Source of the DNA: a bacterium
GTDB lineage: Bacteria > SAR324 > NAC60-12
Length of the DNA stretch: 64,000 nucleotides
Direction of reading: 5' to 3'
Assembly (NCBI GenBank): GCA_965233585.1
Contig: CBDDTI010000745.1
Span: 224,001 to 288,000, forward strand
A program made the position numbers and the translations under genes. Position 1 is the first letter of the stretch. The number at the start of each line of letters is the position of its first letter. The notes beneath the pieces were generated by a model. That model made no database searches and was not told the DNA's origin. It saw only the letters and a list, made by a program, of their open reading frames with translations. Below, piece by piece: positions 18,514 through 29,370 of the stretch.

Positions 18514-19473
18514 ATGAAAAAAGATTATCAATACACATTCACCAGACGTGAGTATTTGACAAAAATTGCAGGAATGCCTTTGCTCAGTCTGACAACCAAA
18601 AATGAAAGTCAAATGGAGGCAATGCAAGACTTGCAAGAGTCTTTTTACCAAATCATGCAGGACGGCAGGCATGAAAAATATACCGTTCTGTTGAACTGGT
18701 TTGAATCCATTGTAGAAGACTTCCTCCTTGAATCCAGTATTTCCAGTGCCACTTTAGTACTCACTCCTTTTGAAAGGGTGCATTGGAAGACTAAACACGG
18801 CTTAAATAACACCAAGCTGGTTACATTGCACTCTGCTCATTTTTTACCTCACGTGCCTGAAGGACACAAATGCGGCAGGAATCATGGACATAACTTCCAT
18901 GTCATCTGTGATTCATTTAGATCACAAGACGCCTGCAATAATGTAACACAAATTTTGATGCCCATCTATGAAAGGTTAGACAAAAGATTGTTAAATGATG
19001 TGGAAGGTCTGGAAAATCCTACATCAGAAAATTTGTCATCGTGGCTATTTCACACTATGAAACCTCAATGGTCTCAACTGATCAAAATGACAGTTTATGA
19101 AACTGACAGTGCAGGGTCTTCTTATGCAGGGGGAGAAGTCTGGGAGAGTTTCAAGCAATTTAGTTTTGATAGTTGTTTCACAGGTCCGAAGGGGCAATGT
19201 ATGGGGCATACCTTTAAGGTCAAACTTCACGTCCAAGACCAGTTGCAAGAACCTTTTGGCTGGACAATAGATTTTGGAGACATTAAAAAGTTGTTCAAAC
19301 CATATCTCAATCAACTTGACCATCATTGTCTGAATCATGCTGACATCACTTCCCCAACTTTGCAAGGGATTTCTCAATGGATTATGGACAAGATGAAACC
19401 AGAGCTTCCATCTCTTTACCAAGTATCTCTTGAAAGTACCCCTTATCAGTCTGTGAAACTCACAGCTTGCTAG
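18514..19473 (+). CDS. Tandem-domain QueD/PTPS-family protein with N-terminal extension
   Basis: SAHFLP...CGRNHGH, LENPTSEN, VYET; second domain GWTIDFGDIK...LDHHCLN. Confidence 0.8.
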   Translation: MKKDYQYTFTRREYLTKIAGMPLLSLTTKNESQMEAMQDLQESFYQIMQDGRHEKYTVLLNWFESIVEDFLLESSISSATLVLTPFERVHWKTKHGLNNTKLVTLHSAHFLPHVPEGHKCGRNHGHNFHVICDSFRSQDACNNVTQILMPIYERLDKRLLNDVEGLENPTSENLSSWLFHTMKPQWSQLIKMTVYETDSAGSSYAGGEVWESFKQFSFDSCFTGPKGQCMGHTFKVKLHVQDQLQEPFGWTIDFGDIKKLFKPYLNQLDHHCLNHADITSPTLQGISQWIMDKMKPELPSLYQVSLESTPYQSVKLTAC

Positions 19474-19600
19474 CAATATCCTATTCAATGGTCTCATTCT
19501 GTCATTCTCTTTACCAAGTATCTCTTGAAAGTACCCCTTATCAGTCTGTGAAACTCACAGCTTGCTAGCAATATCCTATTCAATGGTCTCATTCTGTCAT
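19411..19600 (+). repeat. Perfect 95-bp tandem duplication spanning the 3' end of the QueD-like gene
   Basis: 19411-19505 is identical to 19506-19600. Confidence 0.95.
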
Positions 19601-19666
19601 TCAAGGATTGCAGAGATTCTTACACAATCCATTGAAATTAATCAAGAGATTCGCTTTTTATCAGCT

Positions 19667-20569
19667 ATGTCACATCTACAAACTTGGGAAGGCTCAAATC
19701 AAAATGTTGCTGCAAATTGGTACCCCGGGCACATGTTTAAGACCAAAAAAGACCTTCAGCAGCTTCTCAAGCAAGTTGATGTTGTCCTTGAAGTCCGTGA
19801 TGCAAGAATCCCCATGTCTTCTGCCAGCTCAGAACTTCATCTTTTGATGGCAGACAAGACGTCTCTGATTGTTTTAAACAAAGCAGACCTTGCCAACCCT
19901 AACTTGACGCACCTTTGGAAACAGCATTTTTTGAATGCAGGGCAGCATTGCCATATTTCTAATTCTCTCCACCCTAAAACTCTACGTTCTTTGGTTCAGC
20001 ATTTAGAAGAAGTGGCAGAAGTGAAGCGACAGAAATTTTTGCAAAAACGAATCCAACCGCCTTCTTTGAGAATTGCCATTTTAGGTGTGCCAAATTCTGG
20101 CAAATCTACATTGCTTAACCGATTTGCCAAAAAAAAATCAGTACAAACTGGGAATCGTCCGGGAATCACCAAGCATGCTCAATGGGTCACCATCTCTAAA
20201 CAGATTGAATTGCTAGACACGCCGGGCATGTTGCAACCACGATTCCAAGATGTGCAAACGGGCATGAAGCTGGCGTTGGTTGGCTCTATCAAAGATGAAA
20301 TCGTTGGCATTGAAAAACTGGCAACGTACTGGATTGACTTCTGTCTCAAACAATTTCCCAAGAAAATCCAACAGACTTATCAAATCAAAGAATCCCTGCA
20401 AAATACAGAAGAAATTGTAGAGACCATTGCCAAACTTCATGGTTGTCTGACTTCAGGTAATCAGATTGAATGGAGGCGGGTTTGCAATAAAATTGTCCAA
20501 GATTTTCGTGCAGGCAGGTTCGGGAGAATTTCCTTAGAGCTTGTCCCAAACCAGATGACAGCAGTTTGA
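19667..20569 (+). CDS. ylqF: Ribosome biogenesis GTPase RbgA/YlqF
   Basis: WYPGHM, DARIP, NKAD, GVPNSGKS, DTPG (circularly permuted G motifs). Confidence 0.95.
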   Translation: MSHLQTWEGSNQNVAANWYPGHMFKTKKDLQQLLKQVDVVLEVRDARIPMSSASSELHLLMADKTSLIVLNKADLANPNLTHLWKQHFLNAGQHCHISNSLHPKTLRSLVQHLEEVAEVKRQKFLQKRIQPPSLRIAILGVPNSGKSTLLNRFAKKKSVQTGNRPGITKHAQWVTISKQIELLDTPGMLQPRFQDVQTGMKLALVGSIKDEIVGIEKLATYWIDFCLKQFPKKIQQTYQIKESLQNTEEIVETIAKLHGCLTSGNQIEWRRVCNKIVQDFRAGRFGRISLELVPNQMTAV

Positions 20570-20591
20570 TTTGAAAAGATAGGAACATAAG

Positions 20592-20993
20592 ATGCTAAAG
20601 ACGTTCTTCAATTTAGCAAAACCACAAAACGGCTTCAGTTTAATTGAGGTGATGGTCGTTGTCGCAATCATCGGAATTTTGGCAACCCTTGCTATTCCTG
20701 AATTTACAGGCTGGATTGCAACCTCCAAACAAACAGAAGCCAAGACAAATCTGATGGCTTTATACACTGCTCAAAAAATCTATTTTGCATCAAATCAAAA
20801 ATATGCGACTGCACTGAAAGATTTGGCATTTGAAATTCCTCAAGATACCAAATACACTTATATCATTGATGCAAAAACCAATACTTTCACCATTACAGCA
20901 GAATCCAACTTAGATGACGATGCTACAAATGACGTCTGGACTGTTGACCAAGATAAAAAACTACTTAATACTACAAATGATATTACAGAATAA
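20592..20993 (+). CDS. Type IV pilin (PilE/PilA-like)
   Basis: G|FSLIEVMVVVAIIGILATLAIP prepilin cleavage motif. Confidence 0.9.
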   Translation: MLKTFFNLAKPQNGFSLIEVMVVVAIIGILATLAIPEFTGWIATSKQTEAKTNLMALYTAQKIYFASNQKYATALKDLAFEIPQDTKYTYIIDAKTNTFTITAESNLDDDATNDVWTVDQDKKLLNTTNDITE

Positions 20994-21026
20994 CTTCATT
21001 TCCCAAAAACCTTTAATCCGAGAAAC

Positions 21027-22856
21027 ATGATGAAAAGTGAAAAATGGCTCAGTATTTTCTTAATTATTATCGCATTGGTCTTAGCATTTAATTATTTAGG
21101 TAAGGAAGAAAGCCTCAACAGCCCAGCGAATCAAAAGGTCATCACCTTTAGTGAGTTTATGAGGCAAGTCAAGCAAGGCAATGTTTTAGATGCCAACATT
21201 CAAGGTCAGCAGTTAATTGAGGGACAATTTCTTGACACAGCCCAATACTATACCTATATCCCTCCTTCCTATCCTGAACTTGTTGACGTCTTGCGCAAGT
21301 ACAAGGTGCAAATTTCATATACGCCACCAACAGGCTATCCTTGGTATGTGTCGTTGTTGATCCAGTGGGGTCCTTTTCTCTTTATCATTTTTATTTGGGT
21401 GATGATGAGCCGCCGTAGTCCCATTGGAAAAATGTTTTCTATCGGTAAAATAGGTGCGAACAAAGCCAAACCTGAAGATTGCAAAGTCAAGTTTAAGGAC
21501 GTCGCAGGTGCAGAAGAAAGCAAAGAAGAATTGAAAGAAGTCATTGATTTTTTAAAACAACCTGAACGTTTCAATAAACTGGGTGGAAGAATCCCAAGGG
21601 GTGTTTTAATGTCAGGACCTCCTGGGACAGGCAAAACGATGCTGGCTAAAGCTGTTGCAGGGGAAGCAGGGACTCCGTTTTTCAGTGTCAGTGGGTCTGC
21701 ATTTGTTGAGATGTTTGTTGGGGTAGGTGCAAGCCGTGTCCGAGATTTGTTTGAAGAAGGACGAAAAAATGCACCTTGTATCCTGTTCATTGACGAAATT
21801 GATGCAGTAGGCAGACACCGTGGAGCTGGTATTGGTGGAGGTAATGACGAACGCGAGCAGACACTCAACCAAATGCTTGTGGAAATGGATGGATTTGACT
21901 CATCACAAGGCGTGATTGTAATTGCCGCAACCAATCGTCCTGACATCTTAGACTCTGCCTTGTTACGTCCCGGCAGGTTTGACAGACAAGTTCATGTGCC
22001 TTTGCCTGATGTTAAAGGGAGAGAAGCGATTTTGCAAATTTATGCAGGCAAGGCAAAGATGGCAGAAGGAATTGACCTTTCAGTGCTTGCGAAAGGCACA
22101 CCGGGATTTTCTGGGGCAGATTTGAAAAACCTCATCAATGAAGCCACTTTGATTGCTGCACGGCAGGACAAAAAAGAGGTATTCCACGAAGACCTAGAGC
22201 AAGCAAGGGACAAAATTCTGATGGGAAGCGAACGTAGGTCAATGGTGATGACAGACAAAGAAAAACGAAGCACAGCCTACCACGAGGCAGGGCATGCACT
22301 GGTTGCCGCCATGACTCCCAAAGCAGACCCCATTCACAAAGTTACCATTGTTCCAAGAGGACGTGCATTGGGTGTGACTTCATTCCTGCCAGAAGGAGAC
22401 CACCGTGCCTATGACATGGACTATCTCATTGGCAAAATTGTCATTGCGATGGGTGGACGTGCCGCAGAAGAGTTGATTTTTGACGAACTGACAACAGGAG
22501 CAGGTAATGACTTACAACAAGCGACAAACCTTGCACATAGCATGATTTGTAAATTTGGCATGAGCGAAGCGGTTGGTCCTGTGGTGCTAGGAGACCAAAA
22601 TTCTCAATATGTTTCAGGACGTGCTTTTGGCAGAGAACGTGAGTACAGTGAAGAAGTAGCCAGTGCTATTGATCAGGAGTTGCGAAAAATGGTCATTTCA
22701 TACTATGACCATGCTAAAAAATTACTAAAAGACCACATCAACGCACTTCACGATCTTTCAGAACAGTTGATCCAACAAGAGACAGTGGAAGGGCATGTCG
22801 TCCTAGAAACACTGCAAAAATTTTATCCTACATTCCGTCAGGAGTTACCTGCTTAA
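21027..22856 (+). CDS. ftsH: ATP-dependent zinc metalloprotease FtsH
   Basis: 2 TM helices, [11 protein letters not shown] motif, HEAGH. Confidence 0.97.
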   Translation: MMKSEKWLSIFLIIIALVLAFNYLGKEESLNSPANQKVITFSEFMRQVKQGNVLDANIQGQQLIEGQFLDTAQYYTYIPPSYPELVDVLRKYKVQISYTPPTGYPWYVSLLIQWGPFLFIIFIWVMMSRRSPIGKMFSIGKIGANKAKPEDCKVKFKDVAGAEESKEELKEVIDFLKQPERFNKLGGRIPRGVLMSGPPGTGKTMLAKAVAGEAGTPFFSVSGSAFVEMFVGVGASRVRDLFEEGRKNAPCILFIDEIDAVGRHRGAGIGGGNDEREQTLNQMLVEMDGFDSSQGVIVIAATNRPDILDSALLRPGRFDRQVHVPLPDVKGREAILQIYAGKAKMAEGIDLSVLAKGTPGFSGADLKNLINEATLIAARQDKKEVFHEDLEQARDKILMGSERRSMVMTDKEKRSTAYHEAGHALVAAMTPKADPIHKVTIVPRGRALGVTSFLPEGDHRAYDMDYLIGKIVIAMGGRAAEELIFDELTTGAGNDLQQATNLAHSMICKFGMSEAVGPVVLGDQNSQYVSGRAFGREREYSEEVASAIDQELRKMVISYYDHAKKLLKDHINALHDLSEQLIQQETVEGHVVLETLQKFYPTFRQELPA

Positions 22857-22877
22857 TCATCTTTCTGCTTCCAAGAC

Positions 22878-23729
22878 ATGCCGTTGGGTTATTACCTCTT
22901 GTGGATTCTTCCCAAAAATCTTTTCAGTCGCTTATGTGGTTGGTTTGCCAACCTACGCCTGCCTCCCTTTCTTCTGAAACCCTTGCTACATCTATTTGTA
23001 CGTGCCTTTCAAGTGGACATGAAACATGCCATTGAACCGCTGGAAAATTACCCAACATTCAATGCGTTTTTTACAAGAAGACTACAGATTATGGCACGTC
23101 CCATCACTTCACCTCCGCATCATCTTGTCTCTCCCGTAGATGGCACAGTTGGTCAGTTTGGAACAATCAAAAATGGAACTTTGATTCAGGCTAAGGGACA
23201 GGATTATCCACTTTCAGAACTCTTAGGAGATTCACATAAAGCATCACAGTATCAAGATGGAATGTATTTGACTATCTACCTTGCACCTCACAATTATCAC
23301 CGCATTCATAGTATGGTAGCTGGCATAGTAGATCGTTGTTCTTACATACCCGGCAAATTGTGGACAGTCAGCCCGTTGGGAGTCAATCATGTTCCAAAGC
23401 TGTTTGCCATCAATGAACGGCTGATTAGCTATATTTCTACTTCAGCAGGTGAATGTGCATTGGTCAAAGTGGGTGCAACGGTTGTCGGAAAAATCAAGGT
23501 GGTCTATCATTCTGTTGAATCTAATTGTTTTGGAGCAAAACGAGGTGATTGGACACTTGCCGAAGGCTATCCTTTAAAACGAGGGACAGAAATTGGACAT
23601 TTTGAGCTGGGTTCAACGGTGATCTGCCTTTTCCAAAAAGGTCAAATTCAGCTTAATCATTTGAGCATTGGGCAATCTTTGCAGTATGGAGAGTCCATTG
23701 GTATTTTTAATTACGGAGAAACATCATGA
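22878..23729 (+). CDS. psd: Phosphatidylserine decarboxylase proenzyme
   Basis: FFTR, SPVDG, YHRIH, LGST cleavage motif. Confidence 0.93.
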   Translation: MPLGYYLLWILPKNLFSRLCGWFANLRLPPFLLKPLLHLFVRAFQVDMKHAIEPLENYPTFNAFFTRRLQIMARPITSPPHHLVSPVDGTVGQFGTIKNGTLIQAKGQDYPLSELLGDSHKASQYQDGMYLTIYLAPHNYHRIHSMVAGIVDRCSYIPGKLWTVSPLGVNHVPKLFAINERLISYISTSAGECALVKVGATVVGKIKVVYHSVESNCFGAKRGDWTLAEGYPLKRGTEIGHFELGSTVICLFQKGQIQLNHLSIGQSLQYGESIGIFNYGETS

Positions 23730-24502
23730 TTCATTGTCAAGGAAAAAAAGGAATTGTTTTAGGAGTAGGTAACAACAAAAGCATTGCATGGCACATTGCA
23801 AAGTCGTTGAAGAAATGTGGGGCGGAGGTTGCTCTCACTTATTTACCTGATGACCGTTTGCGATTTAAAAAAAATGTTGAAAAATTAGCATCAGAAATTG
23901 AGGCTCCTTTTGTTCAGAAATGTGATGTTTCTTCACCTGATGACATTCAGGGTTTGTTTGCCAAAGTTCAAGCAGAATGGGGGGAGTTTGATTTTTTAGT
24001 GCATAGCTTAGCCTTTGCCAAGCAAGACGATCTAGGTGGAGCGTTTTCTCAAACCAGTGTAGAAGGTTTTTTGAAAGCACAAGAAATCAGTGCCTATTCC
24101 TTGCTTCCACTTTGTGCAGGAGCGGCACCATTGATGACCAATGGCGGGAGCATTATTGCCATGAGCTATATTGGTTCTGTGCGTGCTGTGCCAAGTTACA
24201 ACGTCATGGGTCCTGCCAAAGCTGCGCTAGAATCCTCTGTCAGGTATCTTGCACGTGAATTTGGAGAACGAGGAATCAGAGTGAATTGTATTTCTGCAGG
24301 TCCCATCAAAACCCTTTCTGCAATGGGAATCCAGAATTTTGCAACATTGCTAGATGGTGTGGCACAAGGGACAGCACTCAAGCGGAATGTAGAACTTGAA
24401 GAAGTGGCAGCAACTGCTTCATTCCTTTGTAGCCCCTTCGCATCAGGAATCACTGCACAAACCATTTATGTAGATTGTGGCTATAACATGATGGGAAATT
24501 AA
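23726..24502 (+). CDS. fabI: Enoyl-ACP reductase
   Basis: SIAW, YNVMGPAKAALE, AGPIKTL. Confidence 0.95.
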   Translation: MIHCQGKKGIVLGVGNNKSIAWHIAKSLKKCGAEVALTYLPDDRLRFKKNVEKLASEIEAPFVQKCDVSSPDDIQGLFAKVQAEWGEFDFLVHSLAFAKQDDLGGAFSQTSVEGFLKAQEISAYSLLPLCAGAAPLMTNGGSIIAMSYIGSVRAVPSYNVMGPAKAALESSVRYLAREFGERGIRVNCISAGPIKTLSAMGIQNFATLLDGVAQGTALKRNVELEEVAATASFLCSPFASGITAQTIYVDCGYNMMGN

Positions 24503-24530
24503 GTAGTCAAAGCAAGCCGTCCTGTTAAAG

Positions 24531-25213
24531 TCATCTTTTCAAGTGCGCACAAAGTCGCTTTTCCAACATTCTGAAGATGTAAACGCAGGCGAAGATGATG
24601 ACCATGTAAAAGACTGCTGTGGTGGTAAAGGCTTCAAAAGGTGCGTAATATCTTGAATACACCATGCGAGACACTCCTGTCAATTCCACCAACGTCACAA
24701 GGCTGGCAACAGCACTTCCATGAAACATGAAAATCACTTCGTTAGAATAGGCAGGAAGCATACGTCTGAACGCACTTGGCAAAATGATGCGACAGTACAT
24801 CATTGTAGTTGAGATGCCAAAGGCTTGTGCAGCTTCTACTTCTCCTTTTGGAGTGTTTTCTATGGAGCCTTTTATGATTTCTGCTGTGTATGCAGCAGTG
24901 TTCAAAGTGAATGCCATCAAAGCACAAAAGTAAGGTTCTTTCAACCAAGTCCACAAAAAACTTTCTTTGACAAAATCAAACTGACTGAATCCGTAATAAA
25001 TTAAAAACAACTGAACCAGCAAGGGAGTCCCCCTTAAAAATAGATATAAAACCAAGCAGGAATCCAAAGCAGAGGATTTCTTGAAAGACGTAAAAGGCTG
25101 ATGGGGACTGCTATCACAAATCCCAAGACCAATGCCAAAACCACCAACTCTACCGTCAACCATGCCCCTTGCAAGAAGAGAGGCAATGAATTGAAAATGA
25201 TTTCAAAATCCAT
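24531..25213 (-). pseudogene. Polar amino-acid ABC permease (HisM/AotM-like), frameshifted
   Basis: N-terminal part ends ...WFYIYF* at 25034; C-terminal part LRGTPLLVQL is in another frame; one extra T in the run at 25036-25040 restores YFLRGTP. Confidence 0.8.
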
Positions 25214-25216
25214 CAA

Positions 25217-25897
25217 TTAAACTCCTATACTGTAACGTTTCTTGAAGTAAGCCAAGATGAGTAAGGACACAGTGGTCAGTGCCAGATAACCTGTGGCTGC
25301 CAGTAGATAAAAGAAGAAAGGCATCTTGGTTGCCCCTGCCGCCAAAGTAGCTTTGCGTAGCATATCATCAAGTCCTATCACTGAAACCAATGCGGTTGTT
25401 TTCAGCAAAACCAGCCAGTTGTTGCCAAATCCCGGTATAGCATGCCGAAGCATTTGTGGCAGTAAAATTCTGTGAAAGGCTAAAAATGTGTTCATACCAA
25501 AAGCCCTTGCCGCTTCCATTTGTCCTTTGGGAACAGCAAGAATTGCCCCCCTAAATGTCTCTGTCATGTATGCACCAAAAATGAAAGCAATAGAAAACAC
25601 GCCTGCGACGAAGGGGTTGATCTCTACAAAATCCATCTCCAAAGCGTCTGTGATGTGGTTCACCAGTATTTGCCCTCCGAAGAAGACTAAAAACATTAAC
25701 ACAAGGTCTGGTACGCCGCGAATCAATGTGGTGTATGCTGTGGCAATGCCTATGAGCCATTTATGAGATGATAATTTCGCTAATGCCCCAACGAATCCAA
25801 GACCCGTTGCCAGTGCAACAGAGTACACAGAAACCCAAATGGTCATTTCCAAACCATCTATAATCAGTAAACCGTATCCGTCAAATAGTACTTCCAT
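25217..25897 (-). CDS. Polar amino-acid ABC permease (HisQ/AotQ-like)
   Basis: RGVPDLV, EAA loop, PGFGNNW. Confidence 0.9.
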   Translation of the reverse strand: MEVLFDGYGLLIIDGLEMTIWVSVYSVALATGLGFVGALAKLSSHKWLIGIATAYTTLIRGVPDLVLMFLVFFGGQILVNHITDALEMDFVEINPFVAGVFSIAFIFGAYMTETFRGAILAVPKGQMEAARAFGMNTFLAFHRILLPQMLRHAIPGFGNNWLVLLKTTALVSVIGLDDMLRKATLAAGATKMPFFFYLLAATGYLALTTVSLLILAYFKKRYSIGV

Positions 25898-26151
25898 TCT
25901 TCAATTCATTTTAAAATGTTGATGTCATGCGTGCGACGAAAAAGTCCTTTGAATCCAGAATGTTCATCATCTCAAGTTGACCAAATAAATCAAGCCTTAA
26001 TTTCAGTTTTAACTTCCAACCTTTCTGTGACAAAATATGGTGTTCTCATCTTGCCTGCATGATAAGAGATTTTTTTAAAGTTGAATAAAACTAGACAAAT
26101 TGTCAAACATCGTGTAAAACTTTGCATTTGACTTTTTTAGCAATGGAAGAC

Positions 26152-27363
26152 ATGAGTTTGAGATTTGATGCGATAAGAGAAGATTTTGACAACTACATTG
26201 TCCCTGCCTATGCACCTGCAAAGGTGATTCCTGTGCGTGGGCAAGGGTCTCGTCTTTGGGACCAGGAAGGCAAAGACCATATTGACCTTTTTGCAGGGAT
26301 TGCTGTCAATTCTTTGGGACATGCACACCCTAAATTGATTCAGCGACTTCAAGAACAATCACAGATGCTCTGGCATTTGAGCAATGCCTTCACCAATGAA
26401 CCTGCTCTTGCTCTGGCAAAAAGACTTTGTGAGCTGACATTTGCCGAACGTGTCTTCTTTTGCAATTCGGGTTCAGAGGCAAATGAAGGGGCAATCAAGA
26501 TGGCAAGACGTTATGCACACGACACCTTTAGTCCTGAAAAAATAGAAATCATCAGCTTTCGTCGGTCTTTTCATGGCAGAACCTTTATGAATGTTGCCGT
26601 TGGCGGACAAGAACAATATTCACAAGGATTTGGACCGATGCCTCAAGGAATTACACATCTACCATTCAATGACATAGATGCGTTGCACAAGCAGGCGTCT
26701 GACAAATTGTGTTGCATCGTGGTTGAACCGATTCAAGGAGAAGGCGGGATTATTCCTGCAACACATGAGTTTATGCAGGCAGTCCGAGACGTTTGCAAGG
26801 AATACAATGCGTTGATGGTGCTTGACGAAGTGCAAAGCGGGGTTGGGCGTACAGGAGATTTATTTGCCTACATGGGCTATGGCATTACACCTGACGTTAT
26901 CACGACTGCCAAAGGCATTGGGGGAGGATTCCCATTGGCAGCATTTGCAACCACTCAAAACATTGCAAAAGTGTTGAAAGTAGGAACACATGGCACAACT
27001 TACGGGGGAAATCCACTGGCAACGTCTGTTGGGCTTGCCGTGTTAGATGAGGTCTCACAACCCGATTTTTTAAAGCAAGTCAAAGATTCGGCAAACTACA
27101 CGCGTCAAGGATTAGAAAAAATCAATGCAAAACACAAGATTTGGAAAGAAATACGCAATCGTGGTTTGTGGTTTGGTTGTGAATTAAGTGAATCTTATCA
27201 AGACCAAGCCAAACATTTTGTGAATGCAGGACGTGAGCATCGTGTCTTGTTCACTGTAGCAGGGACAAACATCATGCGTCTTGCACCTGCATTGAATATC
27301 ACTTTTGAAGAAATAGATGAAGGTCTCAGCCGAATGGAACAAGCGATTTTAGACGCAAAATGA
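26152..27363 (+). CDS. Acetyl/succinylornithine aminotransferase (AstC/ArgD)
   Basis: NSGSEANE, FHGRT, DEVQSG, AKG, HGTTYGGNPL. Confidence 0.9.
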   Translation: MSLRFDAIREDFDNYIVPAYAPAKVIPVRGQGSRLWDQEGKDHIDLFAGIAVNSLGHAHPKLIQRLQEQSQMLWHLSNAFTNEPALALAKRLCELTFAERVFFCNSGSEANEGAIKMARRYAHDTFSPEKIEIISFRRSFHGRTFMNVAVGGQEQYSQGFGPMPQGITHLPFNDIDALHKQASDKLCCIVVEPIQGEGGIIPATHEFMQAVRDVCKEYNALMVLDEVQSGVGRTGDLFAYMGYGITPDVITTAKGIGGGFPLAAFATTQNIAKVLKVGTHGTTYGGNPLATSVGLAVLDEVSQPDFLKQVKDSANYTRQGLEKINAKHKIWKEIRNRGLWFGCELSESYQDQAKHFVNAGREHRVLFTVAGTNIMRLAPALNITFEEIDEGLSRMEQAILDAK

Positions 27364-27394
27364 CGCATCAAACAAAGTCAGTTGAGTATCACCG

Positions 27395-28174
27395 ATGGAA
27401 CAACAACCAATCCCTGCACTAAAAGTCCATAATCTTCACAAATCCTTTGGAAGTGTAGAAGTCATCAAGGGGGCGTCTTTGGTGGCTCAGCAAGGAGATG
27501 TAGTGTCAATTCTTGGCTCAAGTGGGTCAGGAAAAAGCACCTTCTTGCGTTGCATCAATCTGTTAGAAACACCCAGTCAAGGAGAAGTCTATCTTGCAGG
27601 GGAGTTGATTAAGATGAAGCAAGGCAAGGACAGACAACCCCAAATTGCCTCAAAGAAACAACTCCAACGCCTACGCACCAAAGTTTCAATGGTCTTTCAG
27701 CAGTTCAATTTGTGGTCTCACATGACTGCTCTGGAGAATGTCATAGAAGTCCCCATCCACGTTTTAAAAAAGAGCAAGAAAGAAGCGATTCAGCAAGCAG
27801 AACTACTGCTTCAAAAAGTGGGTATTTATGAACACAAAAACTATTATCCTGTGCATCTTTCAGGTGGTCAACAACAACGGGTGGCTATTGCACGTGCTTT
27901 GGCTACCAATCCTGATGTCTTGTTGTTTGATGAGCCAACTTCTGCACTTGATCCTGAATTGGTCGGGGAGGTCTTGAAAGTGATGAAAGACCTTGCCAAC
28001 GAACGCACAACCATGCTTGTTGTCACACACGAGATTGGTTTTGCCCGTGATGTTTCCTCAAAGGTGATTTATCTCTATCAGGGAAAGGTTGATGAAGAAG
28101 GCACTCCGCAAGAGGTCTTCCAATCACCAACATCTGAGAGGTTTCGTCAATTTATTCAATCCGCATATCATTAA
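27395..28174 (+). CDS. Polar amino-acid ABC ATPase (HisP/AotP-like)
   Basis: [27 protein letters not shown]. Confidence 0.92.
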   Translation: MEQQPIPALKVHNLHKSFGSVEVIKGASLVAQQGDVVSILGSSGSGKSTFLRCINLLETPSQGEVYLAGELIKMKQGKDRQPQIASKKQLQRLRTKVSMVFQQFNLWSHMTALENVIEVPIHVLKKSKKEAIQQAELLLQKVGIYEHKNYYPVHLSGGQQQRVAIARALATNPDVLLFDEPTSALDPELVGEVLKVMKDLANERTTMLVVTHEIGFARDVSSKVIYLYQGKVDEEGTPQEVFQSPTSERFRQFIQSAYH

Positions 28175-28214
28175 CGAATCTGCGGGATTTTTAACTCTCT
28201 TTTAGGGGAATTTT

Positions 28215-28988
28215 ATGATGAAGAAAATCATAGCTGGTGTTGCTTTTTCCATTCTGGCATCAGTGTCTTTGGCAAAGGAATGGAAGACGTTGCGTGTGGG
28301 TGTAGAAGGGGCTTACCCTCCCTTTAGTGCTGTGGACAAAAAAGGGGAGCTTGTGGGCTTTGACATTGACTTTGCTTATGCCGTTTGTGGGGCAATGGGC
28401 GTCAAATGTGTGTTAGTTACACAAGACTGGGACGGCATGATTCCTGCCCTCATAGCAAGAAAATATGATGCCATCATTGCTTCTATGTCCATCACTGAAG
28501 AACGCAAAAAGAAGGTAGAGTTCACTGACAAGTACTATGCAACGCCTGTTAGATTCGTTGCCCAAAAAGGTCAGTTTTCAAAGATTGACAAATCTACTTT
28601 GAAAGGGAAGTCTGTTGGAGTGCAACGTGCCGCAACGCATGACAGCTACATGACAGACCTTTATGGCAACATGGTAGATGTCAAAAGGTATGGCACGATT
28701 GAGGAAGCCAAGCTAGACTTGACTTCAGGCAGGATCAACCTTGTCCTTGCTGATGTGATGACCCTTGATGCCAGCTTTTTGAAGGCAGAAGGTGGAGACC
28801 GATTTGAGTTTGTTGGCGAAGAGATTAATGATGTCAAGTACTTTGGGGTTGGCATTGGTATTGCCCTCCGCAAACGAGACAAAGACCTTAAAAAACAACT
28901 CAACCAAGCCATCAAAGACATTCGCGAAAGTGGACAATACGACCATATCCGCAAACGTTATTTTGACTTTGACATCTACGGGGAGTAA
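28215..28988 (+). CDS. Lys/Arg/Orn/His-type ABC substrate-binding protein
   Basis: Signal peptide; EGAYPPF, GFDID, WDGMIP, SMSITEER. Confidence 0.92.
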   Translation: MMKKIIAGVAFSILASVSLAKEWKTLRVGVEGAYPPFSAVDKKGELVGFDIDFAYAVCGAMGVKCVLVTQDWDGMIPALIARKYDAIIASMSITEERKKKVEFTDKYYATPVRFVAQKGQFSKIDKSTLKGKSVGVQRAATHDSYMTDLYGNMVDVKRYGTIEEAKLDLTSGRINLVLADVMTLDASFLKAEGGDRFEFVGEEINDVKYFGVGIGIALRKRDKDLKKQLNQAIKDIRESGQYDHIRKRYFDFDIYGE

Positions 28989-29002
28989 TCCCACCCGTTT
29001 CA

Positions 29003-29028
29003 AGCTATGGCTTTAAAAAGCCATAGCT
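29003..29028. terminator. Hairpin after the substrate-binding protein gene, probable terminator
   Basis: AGCTATGGCTTT-AA-AAAGCCATAGCT inverted repeat. Confidence 0.6.
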
Positions 29029-29370
29029 CCTGCCTATCAGTAAATCTCATGTCATCAGAGAATCATATCAAACTACAACAAAGAAACTTTTTGCTGGCTA
29101 GGGACAGTGAAGAATCAGAGCTTTTAAAAACTCTTTTAAAAAGTCCTTTAGGTTTGGCAAAGGATTTAATTTTACGACTCAATCAAGGTAGTTATACTAA
29201 TTTACGGAACAATTTAGACTAAATTAAGCAATTTGTAGCAGGAGTTGAAAGGGCAAAAGCATTGCAACATGGTTATCAATTAGCTGAATTTTATTGCACC
29301 CCATTCTTTTTCTCAAAAATCTGCTAGACTAGATATTTTGATTTTTGAGCTTTAAATTTTAGGAAAAGAT

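Noticed and set aside
19562..19666. N-terminal extension of YlqF
   Set aside because: Arises from the 95-bp duplication; ATG 19667 fits the family start better
20592..20993. Pilin as an electrically conductive e-pilin (aromatics at mature positions 1, 24, 27, 50, 51, 57; 12 of 119 residues)
   Set aside because: This pattern is common in PilE-like pilins, the heuristic is contested, and no multiheme cytochromes are nearby
29049..29327. Possible pseudogene fragment reading through TAA at 29220
   Set aside because: No recognisable family; it cannot be supported without a search
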